This document shows positions 1 through 8,235 of a stretch of 32,827 nucleotides of DNA, piece by piece. The position numbers were made by a program, and so were the translations under genes. Source of the DNA: a virus (taxonomy: Duplodnaviria > Caudoviricetes); IMG/VR virus record IMGVR_UViG_3300042196_000161, positions 1-32,827 of that record; one strand, given 5' to 3'. Under the pieces are notes generated by a model. The model made no database searches. It was given only the letters and a program-made list of their open reading frames with translations, and was not told the DNA's origin. Numbering within the stretch: the stretch's first letter is position 1; each line of letters begins with the position of its first letter.

Positions 1-14
1 TTCCGCTGAGCCAT
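1..14 (-). CDS. 5' start of next gene (truncated by window edge)
   Basis: ATG at 14-12 preceded by GGAGGTG RBS, 2 nt after the stop of the 17..1492 gene. Confidence 0.5.
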
Positions 15-16
15 AG

Positions 17-1492
17 TCACCTCCGATCAGGCCTGCTATCTCCTCGAACGTCAGGTTCTGATTCGTACCCACCAAGGAGCTCGCCGAGTATCTGACCCAA
101 CACCCCGCCCAGCCCACCTTGTTTCTCATCGCGCGTAATCCACAACTGGACCAACTTTTGAAGAGGTAAGCCAGTTGCCTGACTCGCGGCGTTCAAATAC
201 GCCGGGCCAGCCGCGAGATAACGCCCGCCCACATCCGCAGCACCGCCAGCCGCGCCAGCCCGTGCGGTTGGAATCATGCTCGAAATCGTAGCCGCCTTCT
301 GGAATGGAAGGTTCGCCATAACCTGATTTCGTCCCCCACCTCGTGGGAGATTCTGCGATGCGCCTTGCTGCGCCAAGTCAAACTGAGATGCCGTCGAGCT
401 AAACTCCGGACCGAGAGCCTCGGCCATATCGGCTGGGTTCCCGCCCAGCAGACGCTGGTAGTACCTCAGAGCGGAGTCTAGACCGCCACCAGCCTTGGCC
501 CCCGTCTTGCGCGCCTCGCCGCCCGCGAAGGCTCCCTGGTTCGCCAGGAAATAGATGAGGTCCCAGATCGACCGGCCGGCATCGCCTGGGGCCGAGAAGA
601 AATTCGCAGGCTGGCCAGGGAACCCAGCACCAGCTCCGGCAGTGCCACCGCCACCAACACCGCCGGCAGCGCCGCCACCACCACCACCACCACCACCGCC
701 ACCATCGGTAGGATAATCGGCAGGGGCCAAGCGTGGCGCGAAGGTGCCTACATCCACTTCCGGTAAGAGCCCGAAATTGGTGCCTCCTGACTGAGATCCA
801 GGGTATCCTTGCGAGCTGGTCAACTGAGAAATGTACTGGCTCAACCGAGGTTTGGCGCCCGGTCCGCCATCCGACGCGCTGATCGAGCCCCAAGGCGGGA
901 GAATACCACCACCGACATCCTCCATGAGCTTCGGATCGTAGAGACGGGTTGGGGCGCGCGACCGTGGTGGAAGAGCTGGAAGAACTCCGGGAGTCGACCG
1001 TGGGGGAGCTGAAAGAGGCGGTCCGGGAATGCCCGGAGCGTTGGCGCCGCCGGTGGCGGGCAGGCGGGCTGCTCCCGGCAGTGGCGGTGGCGTCAATCCC
1101 ATGCTCGCGAGGCGCGCCCGCGGCGCGTCCATCTCTTGGCCGCTGAGTCCGGCCGCGAGATTCGGCTGGTTCATCGCCAGCCACTCCTGGTAGGTCAGGC
1201 CAGGCACGGTTTGCAGGCGACCCGCCAGGTTTGGATCGGCGGGCACGCCTCCAGGCTTACGCACGTCATAGGCCCCGGCCGCACCGTAAGGCCCATAAAT
1301 GGTCCCGGTGTTGGGGTCGATCCTGGAGCCAGGAGGTGCGAGGAATGGAACGGACCGCTCCCCATGGTTCCCGGCCCGCACCGTGGTCATGGGAAGACCT
1401 TCCCGCTCAGCGTCTCGCCTCATGTTGGCGTAGTCGGTCGGGCTGTACTCGTCCCCAACCCCGGCGTAGATGTCGTATGGATTCGTGGGCAC
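17..1492 (-). CDS. Probable internal virion/DNA ejection (pilot-like) protein, Gly/Ala/Pro/Gln-rich
   Basis: 491-aa ORF with GGAGGTG RBS; low-complexity G/A/Q-rich C-half; lies downstream of the tail nozzle, where podoviruses encode ejection proteins (function inferred). Confidence 0.55.
   Translation of the reverse strand: MPTNPYDIYAGVGDEYSPTDYANMRRDAEREGLPMTTVRAGNHGERSVPFLAPPGSRIDPNTGTIYGPYGAAGAYDVRKPGGVPADPNLAGRLQTVPGLTYQEWLAMNQPNLAAGLSGQEMDAPRARLASMGLTPPPLPGAARLPATGGANAPGIPGPPLSAPPRSTPGVLPALPPRSRAPTRLYDPKLMEDVGGGILPPWGSISASDGGPGAKPRLSQYISQLTSSQGYPGSQSGGTNFGLLPEVDVGTFAPRLAPADYPTDGGGGGGGGGGGAAGGVGGGGTAGAGAGFPGQPANFFSAPGDAGRSIWDLIYFLANQGAFAGGEARKTGAKAGGGLDSALRYYQRLLGGNPADMAEALGPEFSSTASQFDLAQQGASQNLPRGGGRNQVMANLPFQKAATISSMIPTARAGAAGGAADVGGRYLAAGPAYLNAASQATGLPLQKLVQLWITRDEKQGGLGGVLGQILGELLGGYESEPDVRGDSRPDRR
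675..695. repeat. (CCA)7 microsatellite inside a poly-Gly (G11) tract
   Basis: Seen directly; encodes a Gly linker in the 17..1492 ORF. Confidence 0.85.
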
Positions 1493-1495
1493 CGT

Positions 1496-1843
1496 TCACC
1501 TCCAGTTCAAGTTCTGATCGAGCTCCCGCCCGGGCTCGACCCCGTGCTTCTTCCGTACCGCTTCGAGCTTCTGGTTCAGCTCTTTGTTCAAGCGGTCCAC
1601 CTCTGCGGTCACCGCCACAAATTGATTGCCCCCTTGGGACTGGTACCACCGCTCCACAGCCTGGCGGATGGCGGCTTCGATCTGGGCATCGCGCTCCCTG
1701 ACCAATTCCAACTGGCGTTTCTCCAGGATCGCAACACGGGCGCGGACCAGCAGTAAGTCCACCTTCTCCTCCGCACTCAGCGGCGCCGGCTCCCCTGCGC
1801 TGGCCAGAAAGAGAATTGATAAAGCCAACAGGATCACTCGCAT
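1496..1843 (-). CDS. Secreted or membrane-anchored coiled-coil protein (possibly spanin-like)
   Basis: MRVILLALSILFLASA hydrophobic N-terminus followed by a charged heptad-rich helix. Confidence 0.6.
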   Translation of the reverse strand: MRVILLALSILFLASAGEPAPLSAEEKVDLLLVRARVAILEKRQLELVRERDAQIEAAIRQAVERWYQSQGGNQFVAVTAEVDRLNKELNQKLEAVRKKHGVEPGRELDQNLNWR

Positions 1844-1883
1844 ACCTTCATCCTAAGGCAAACACAACCACAATCCAAGCGTC

Positions 1884-2594
1884 TCATATGTGCAGGGCAA
1901 CACAGTAGAGGGTTCCGGTGTGGGCATTCCCCGCATCCTCGTTATAGATGCCGACCACGATGGAACCTGCAACGAACGACTCGATGTGATGGATCCTTAA
2001 GGTTGAGGTGCTCGTTGCTGCTTCCTTGACAGAGCAGACCGGCGTATAGTTGGCATCGGCAAACGCATCCCCACCCCACGTCAGGGTGACCGAGGCGTAG
2101 GTGAGCGCGGCTATGCTGCCTGTGGACACGCTCTGGTGCTTCAGGCCACCACCACTCGCGTCGACGCCGGATTTGACTTTGAGCGAGGCGATTGCCAACC
2201 TATTCGCCCCATCATCCCAGAAGAAGTTTGCGTTATCCTGGGCACAGGCAGTGCCGTTCCAGAATAGAACAGATCCTGCCGTGAATCCCGCCCCACAACC
2301 TGCAAAGGTTGCCGGATCAGTCCATGACATCACTCCGGCGGTCGTTGCCGTCAGCGCGTAGCCGTTCACCGCGGGATTCGCCGCAGGCAGAGTGAGCGAC
2401 AGGTTTGCGGCCAAGGCGTCAGGAGCCTTGATCGCGGTGTAATTCTCCCCACCAGCCGCCAACTCGTAGAACCGGGCCTGTCCAGTCTCGCCGGCGCCGA
2501 CCCCAATCGGACTGTGGATCACGATGGGGATCGAAATGTGCTGCCCCGCGAGACAGCCGACAAGGACTAACGCCAAAAGCAACGCTCGGATCAT
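1884..2594 (-). CDS. Short fibre-like protein with signal peptide or lipobox and C-terminal beta-sandwich (gp53/H-lectin-like) domain
   Basis: MIRALLLALVLVGCLAGQ N-terminus; fibre-type motifs (IKAPDALAANLSLTLP, QDNANFFWD); C-terminus resembles that of the 8236 gene; ATGA overlap with upstream gene. Confidence 0.7.
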   Translation of the reverse strand: MIRALLLALVLVGCLAGQHISIPIVIHSPIGVGAGETGQARFYELAAGGENYTAIKAPDALAANLSLTLPAANPAVNGYALTATTAGVMSWTDPATFAGCGAGFTAGSVLFWNGTACAQDNANFFWDDGANRLAIASLKVKSGVDASGGGLKHQSVSTGSIAALTYASVTLTWGGDAFADANYTPVCSVKEAATSTSTLRIHHIESFVAGSIVVGIYNEDAGNAHTGTLYCVALHI

Positions 2595-3163
2595 GCAATG
2601 TCTCCCAAGCTGAACAGCCGGTAGTAGACGGCCCCCACCCGGCGGAACCTGACGAAACTCAGGCGGTTGGCGGTTCGACCAACGGTGAGCGCATCGACAC
2701 CGTGAAAGTCAGCCGCCCAATTCACCACCCAGGCACCTACGCCATCCTGGGTGTATCGGTACTCGACCTCAGAACCATCGGGAACATCACTCGGGGCGAG
2801 TTCGGTGATGTTTCCTGTCAGGGTCTTTGCGACCTGAAGCACGCCGAGCACCGCGACCCAAGAACCGGGAGGCGAACTCGTGTCGAACCTGTAAAGCACG
2901 CGGTTGGTCGACAGGAAGACGATTGACCCCTCGTAGGCGAGCGTATCGGTCACAATCGGCAGCGTCGTGACAACCGGCAGCACGAATACCGCCGAGACCT
3001 GAGGCCCGGCAGCGGTCTGGACGGTGACGGTTTGGATCTGGCTGGTTGCCCCGGTTTTCTCGTGGATGAGAGAAAAAGCGTATTGCAACGCCGCGCGAAC
3101 CTGGGGATCGGCCTTCCCGTCGAGGCTCGGATAGTAGGGAGCCTGGGTCGGTCTAGCCGCCAT
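2591..3163 (-). CDS. Hypothetical tail-associated protein (190 aa)
   Basis: ATG at 3163 (MAARPTQAPYY) overlaps the end of the nozzle gene; C-terminal YTQDGVGAWVVNW resembles phage fibre-end beta domains. Confidence 0.65.
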   Translation of the reverse strand: MAARPTQAPYYPSLDGKADPQVRAALQYAFSLIHEKTGATSQIQTVTVQTAAGPQVSAVFVLPVVTTLPIVTDTLAYEGSIVFLSTNRVLYRFDTSSPPGSWVAVLGVLQVAKTLTGNITELAPSDVPDGSEVEYRYTQDGVGAWVVNWAADFHGVDALTVGRTANRLSFVRFRRVGAVYYRLFSLGDIA

Positions 3164-6100
3164 AAGAAGGCACCCCCTGTTGCCCGCCACCACCGAACGG
3201 CTTCACGATCCTGTACGGACCTTCGTCGCCCCAGTTCTTCACGTAAACCTCGGCTTCATCCCGAAACAGCCGGAAACCGGCCGAAGAACTGAACTCGAAA
3301 TCATACAACCGGCCCTTGTTCGGTCGAAACATGACATGGCGTTTCTGTTTAACGCCGGCTGTGGCGGCGATCGTGTAGTCCTCCGTGCCTGATTCTGCAA
3401 CGATCCGCAAGGTGACCGCCGACGTCGAGATCAGGGGAACGTAGATGCGGAAGATGTGGCCGAAGCCTTGCAAACCGAGCGAATTGGCGGTAGTCCGCCA
3501 TAGAGTCAGCAGTGGCGGCGCCGGGATAGTGAACCACTCGAAGCCGGTCACGCGCCAGGGATTCGCATCGGTCGGGACCAGCCGGCCGAGGTGGCCGATG
3601 AATTCGGCCCATGTGAACTCCAGCGGCTTCTCGCCGTTGCTGTTCACTGTGAGCGTGATCCCCGTGTCCACCTGGTCTTTCCACACCTCAACGGTTTTCG
3701 CCACGCCGAATGTGTCGACCCAGAGCCTGATTCCGTAGACGTAGGAGTCGACAGCAAGTCCACCCTTGGCGAATGGCTGCCAGTCGATCAGTCGACGCTG
3801 CTGGTCTTCTGGCTTCTGGATATAGGCAAGCTCCCAGGAATGCAGCCGTGGCCCACGTCCGAGCCAAGTCACTTCGAGCGCGGCGTTGCGGACGATCAGG
3901 CCCGCGCCTGAGTTGATGTCGAGCCGGTACTGCGCCCGACCGGAGCCGGTGATTGTTGCCAGGGTGACCGAGCTTTGCTCATCGTCGTACTTGATCAGCG
4001 GCGTCAGGACTTTTCCGCCCGGATCGACGTTCAGTGCCGCGTCTCCGAGAAGCTTCTTCGCGACCGGGTCACCACCATCGTCCGAGAAGGTCCGCACCAC
4101 ACAGGGGATCTCGGCCCCGTCGTCTGTCTCCCCGCCCGCCTTATGGATGTGGCCGTCCAGGGCGCCCAGGAACATATCGTGGACCCCATCGCCTTCCGAC
4201 GAGTAGCGCAGGCCGCCGAGGAGCGGTGGATTCGAGAGGTCGGCGACCCAGCCACGGCCAGGGATGTAAACGAACGTCCGGGGAGCGTTCGCGGTGTCCC
4301 GGTAATCGAAGTAGAGCTTTTCATCGTGGTAGGCCAGGCGCAGATAGTTGCGCTTGGTCATGTCCACCGGGAAGTGCTCGTTCACCTGAATCCCGGCCGA
4401 ACCCTCATGCGGAAACAGCGGGTACAGGTCGTCATCGGTGATCGACTCCGAGGGCCCACCGTCTGTCACGTAGATACCATCTTTCGATAGAAACCAGATC
4501 TTGCCCCCTCCCAAGCACCAGGCGAACCGCGCCCAGAGGCCCCGCCCGCACGCTGTCCGGTAGATCGTCAGAAACCGGCGATCGCCGGTCGGTGACGGGT
4601 AGATGGCATAAAGATGGTCGGAGCTGAAAACGAAGTTTCGGGTGTCATGGACAAAGCCATTCACCAGCGGCTCTCCGGCGCCTTGGGTCACCTCTTGAGT
4701 GAAGGCCTCCGGCGCCGCATCCGCATCGTTGCCTTTCGTCCAGGAGAGAAAACCCGGGTTGCTACTGCCGGCGCAACCATAAAGCGAGCCTTCATGGGGA
4801 CCCCAGACCGCTGGCAGTGCCTGGCCCATGAGGATCGGAGATGGCAAGCTGAAGCTGACGTTTTCTCCGAAACCAGCCGATTCGGTCAGCAACAGCAGGG
4901 TCGCTGTCAGGACGCTGTGGACTACGAACGCCAATTTGTCCACGAAAATCACCGCACCCGGCTTCCAACTGAGGTTGAACTGATCGCCATCTTTCCATTC
5001 GAGAGCGATCCCGGTAACGTTCACATGGCCCTGACGACTGAGATCGGCGAGCGGGAATGGTTGATCCTGATCTTCGTCGAGCAACTCACCGCTCGCCGTG
5101 TCGGTCGGATTGGCTTCGTCGTTGAAGGTCGGGGTGGCGCCGTTCTCCGTGGTCCCCACGTAGCGCCATTCGTTGATCCCGCCACCGAATCGAAATACAT
5201 CTAGTTTGTCCACCTGCCCATCGGGGTGTTGCGTAAGAGTGAGCTTAATTCGTCCCCGCAAGGGTGGGTTGACCTGAGCCAGATTCACCGGCGACGCATT
5301 TGATTTCGCCCCAGTGGCCGAAGAACGCCCCCGGTAGCGGTACTGGAAGGGTAAGGCCGTGCTCGTAAAATCCGGCCCGAAGCCACCCCGAATATAGAGT
5401 GAGTTCACCTGGATGACGGCGTCGGTTCCAGCCGGCGCGTTGGCCACCCGCAACTCGAGGCGGATTCCGACGATATCCTTCAGCGTCCTGGTGCGATCAG
5501 TCCCCACGCGCACCAGATCCGACAGGTGGAAAAAGAGTTCGGAATACTGGTTCGACGCCCCGCGGGGAGAACTCAGATCAGTCAGGCCCCACTGCACGTA
5601 GAAGTAGTTTTTGGTGAATGCCGTAGCGGTGAACACGCCGGCGGATACTGAGTCAGAGGCACAGTCCAGATACAGCGTCGCTTGGGTCAGTTTGGTGTCC
5701 AAGTCGATCTTGAAACTCACGTGGATGTAATCGTCTCGTCCGGTTTGCCGGCCCAGGCCACCGGTCTGCATCCAGGAGAAATCGAGGGTCTTGACTTTCT
5801 GGATCCACCCGAGTTCATTCGATACCTTGAATTGCAGCGTGTCGAGCTCGACGGTTTCACCGGCCGCGTGAGTCAGACCTGTGAACAGCCGAATGCCGGT
5901 CTCCCAGGAGACCGTAACCAAACCGGCCGGGGCGCGGAGGCTGAAGTTCGGATGGTTCCCGGTGAAGAATACGCGCACGCAGTGCTGATCGTCGGGGCCG
6001 TCAATGATGCCGCGCACCCAGACCCGCTCGCTGGTGATTGCATCCGTGATAGCGAGCGGGCTGTTCAGTTGGATCACCGGATCCCAAGTAACGCCGGTTG

Positions 6101-6899
6101 AGGAGTGGCTGAAGGTAATCGTCGCCCAACCGGTTGAGCCCGAGTCGAAGGCAATCCGGCGAACCCGGTTGACGAGCGCCGGCGCCGTCATCACGCGATC
6201 CACGGTGGCGTACTGGGCTGTTCCGCCGCCCTTGTTGATGAGGACCCGCATCCCGGCCTGCCAGGCTTCGGTAATCGCTAGCGTGAAAATGCCCCAGCCG
6301 GCCGCGCCAGTCTCCCACAGCACCGCGACGATAGCGGACGAAGCGGCTCTCGTTTGCAGCGTGATCGCAGATGCCGTTCCGCCAGTCGCCCAGCCGGTCA
6401 CCACGTCCAGTTCTTCCCCGATCGTGTACTGCGGGATCTCTAGAGCAGTCGTGATCTGGTTGGCTGGCGGCGCGATGCCCATATTGCGGGTCAGCCCGGA
6501 CTTCAACTTCCGCATCCGCGATGTCGAGGCCGCATAGACCCAGGTTTCCGGAGAGTTCTCAGGGCGATAGGGTACAAGCGAGAGGGTAGTCCCAGGCCAG
6601 GCGCTATCCCGCTCGGTCGAGATGCCGCCGGAGCTGATCTCGAATAGCTTTGTCCCTGCGCCGGCAACCAGGACGTAAGTCCCGTCGAGGGCGTTCAGCC
6701 TGCGCAGGCTGTGCGCCTCTCCACCCAGAGCTGCTTGAGTGAACTTCGTCAAGCCCTCACGTGCCTCGAAAGTGCCATCGACCAGTGGCCGGACGTTCAG
6801 CAGGCGACGGTAGCGGTCTGGCTGCTGAAGTGTGGCGTCGGAACGAAGCGCCAGTCCCTTGCTGGCAAACGGCCGCGGTTGGCGTTGAAAGTCGCTCAT
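3153..6899 (-). CDS. Tail nozzle / DNA stabilisation protein (P22 gp10 / T7 gp12-like), enlarged
   Basis: 1248-aa beta-rich ORF; N-terminal LLNVRP..DGTFEAREGL and propeller-like segments (GKIWFLSKDGIYVTDG..SESIT); follows the adaptor gene with ATGA overlap. Confidence 0.7.
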   Translation of the reverse strand: MSDFQRQPRPFASKGLALRSDATLQQPDRYRRLLNVRPLVDGTFEAREGLTKFTQAALGGEAHSLRRLNALDGTYVLVAGAGTKLFEISSGGISTERDSAWPGTTLSLVPYRPENSPETWVYAASTSRMRKLKSGLTRNMGIAPPANQITTALEIPQYTIGEELDVVTGWATGGTASAITLQTRAASSAIVAVLWETGAAGWGIFTLAITEAWQAGMRVLINKGGGTAQYATVDRVMTAPALVNRVRRIAFDSGSTGWATITFSHSSTGVTWDPVIQLNSPLAITDAITSERVWVRGIIDGPDDQHCVRVFFTGNHPNFSLRAPAGLVTVSWETGIRLFTGLTHAAGETVELDTLQFKVSNELGWIQKVKTLDFSWMQTGGLGRQTGRDDYIHVSFKIDLDTKLTQATLYLDCASDSVSAGVFTATAFTKNYFYVQWGLTDLSSPRGASNQYSELFFHLSDLVRVGTDRTRTLKDIVGIRLELRVANAPAGTDAVIQVNSLYIRGGFGPDFTSTALPFQYRYRGRSSATGAKSNASPVNLAQVNPPLRGRIKLTLTQHPDGQVDKLDVFRFGGGINEWRYVGTTENGATPTFNDEANPTDTASGELLDEDQDQPFPLADLSRQGHVNVTGIALEWKDGDQFNLSWKPGAVIFVDKLAFVVHSVLTATLLLLTESAGFGENVSFSLPSPILMGQALPAVWGPHEGSLYGCAGSSNPGFLSWTKGNDADAAPEAFTQEVTQGAGEPLVNGFVHDTRNFVFSSDHLYAIYPSPTGDRRFLTIYRTACGRGLWARFAWCLGGGKIWFLSKDGIYVTDGGPSESITDDDLYPLFPHEGSAGIQVNEHFPVDMTKRNYLRLAYHDEKLYFDYRDTANAPRTFVYIPGRGWVADLSNPPLLGGLRYSSEGDGVHDMFLGALDGHIHKAGGETDDGAEIPCVVRTFSDDGGDPVAKKLLGDAALNVDPGGKVLTPLIKYDDEQSSVTLATITGSGRAQYRLDINSGAGLIVRNAALEVTWLGRGPRLHSWELAYIQKPEDQQRRLIDWQPFAKGGLAVDSYVYGIRLWVDTFGVAKTVEVWKDQVDTGITLTVNSNGEKPLEFTWAEFIGHLGRLVPTDANPWRVTGFEWFTIPAPPLLTLWRTTANSLGLQGFGHIFRIYVPLISTSAVTLRIVAESGTEDYTIAATAGVKQKRHVMFRPNKGRLYDFEFSSSAGFRLFRDEAEVYVKNWGDEGPYRIVKPFGGGGQQGVPSYGG

Positions 6900-8233
6900 T
6901 CTGAAACGCTTTCCATGATTTTTTTCGCATCATCCGACTGCCGCGGCCTCTGTTTCTGCTCTTTGGTCTGACGGCTGGTCATGATGTCTTCGAATCCGCC
7001 TGACGCCCGCAACTTCTTATTCACGATCCCGGCCAGATCGAAGAACTGAGTCAACAGGGGCATCGTCGACTGGAATTCCTCACCACCCATCTTGAAGGTC
7101 GCGACGTGCTCGGCGTATCCGATGATGACGTCCAAGTGCTCGCGACCAACCTGCAGAAATGCCCCATCGTGCGCAGGGATTGGCGCGTTGCGAATGACGT
7201 CGACGGTGAGCCCATAGACTCCATCCGGCACATTCGCCAGGCACACAAGATTCTCCCCGGCACTCCCGATGGCTCTGGGCTCGCCAGTGTCGTTCTGCCA
7301 GTTCGGCAACATGGCGTCGAGATCCAGGATGCTGTTAATCCACAAGGGCCGGCCACCGATCTGGGCGTGGATGACGCTTTGTGCAATCTTTGCGAGGCTG
7401 ATGCCAGATTTCCAGCGTGCCTCACAGTACGCGGCACGCGCGGCATCGCGGCTCTCACCTTGCCGGCCGAGCAAATCCGCCAAGGTACCCCATTTGACTA
7501 CCCATGCGTAATCGTCAGGAACGCCCAGCAGGACCCCGGCAACCGGATCGAGGGCAGCCCCGGTCTGAACGCTGACCACATCCAGGGCGCCCTCGTCGAG
7601 GGGCGGCGGGGCAAGCTGCAACTCGAATGGACGCGCGGCTGAGACACTGAAGGCCCGTGGCGTAGCTGGCTCAATTGACCACGTCGGCAGGAAGGCGCTC
7701 AACCCGTGTTCATCTTCCCGCCAGAGATGCTTGTAGACTCCCTCCACGCTCCGCCAAGCCAGCCGGCGCACGTCGATATAGGAATCGGGGATCGTCACCC
7801 GCCCGGCCGGCGGCGCAGAAATCGGCAGCGTCCCATGAGTCAGAATCGTTCCCGTTTCGAGTAGAAACTGATCGCGCCGGCGCTGGAGAGCGGCTACGAG
7901 GTCCGGGAGTGTGAACTGTGTCGATCCCGTCCAGCCCGTTGGGGTCACGGGTTCGAGCAGGTGCGCTTCAAGTTCGGCGACCACATTCCGATCGGTCACA
8001 ACGTTGCCGAGCAACGTCGGCAATTCGGCGCCGAGATCATAGAAGGCGACATTCGCTTGGGTGGGCAAAGCGCCGCGTTCCCGGGAGGAATCCGTTGCCG
8101 CTTGCCATAGCCGCAGACCCTCATACAGAAGCGCGCGGAGCTCGCCCGAGGACCAGAAACTCAGCGAAGGATCACCGAGCCTGGCCGCAACCGCCGCGAC
8201 TGCGGCGGCAAGTGTGGTGTGGGCGTAGGCCAT
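6896..8233 (-). CDS. Head-tail adaptor-like protein (445 aa)
   Basis: Start trimmed to ATG 8233 (MAYAHTTLAAAV..RLGDPSLSFWSSGEL..LYEGLR), a typical adaptor N-terminal helix; immediately upstream of the nozzle. Confidence 0.65.
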   Translation of the reverse strand: MAYAHTTLAAAVAAVAARLGDPSLSFWSSGELRALLYEGLRLWQAATDSSRERGALPTQANVAFYDLGAELPTLLGNVVTDRNVVAELEAHLLEPVTPTGWTGSTQFTLPDLVAALQRRRDQFLLETGTILTHGTLPISAPPAGRVTIPDSYIDVRRLAWRSVEGVYKHLWREDEHGLSAFLPTWSIEPATPRAFSVSAARPFELQLAPPPLDEGALDVVSVQTGAALDPVAGVLLGVPDDYAWVVKWGTLADLLGRQGESRDAARAAYCEARWKSGISLAKIAQSVIHAQIGGRPLWINSILDLDAMLPNWQNDTGEPRAIGSAGENLVCLANVPDGVYGLTVDVIRNAPIPAHDGAFLQVGREHLDVIIGYAEHVATFKMGGEEFQSTMPLLTQFFDLAGIVNKKLRASGGFEDIMTSRQTKEQKQRPRQSDDAKKIMESVSE

Positions 8234-8235
8234 GG

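Noticed and set aside
675-695. Phase-variable switch at (CCA)7
   Set aside because: Triplet unit keeps the frame; it only changes Gly linker length.
6307-6317. Self-target of the candidate guide (CCAGTCTCCCA in the nozzle gene)
   Set aside because: Only 11 of 18 positions match and most of the spacer-B half fails; compatible with chance.
7381-7397. Degenerate palindrome copies (also about 10304 and 27271)
   Set aside because: About 12 of 17 matches or fewer; not distinguishable from background by eye.
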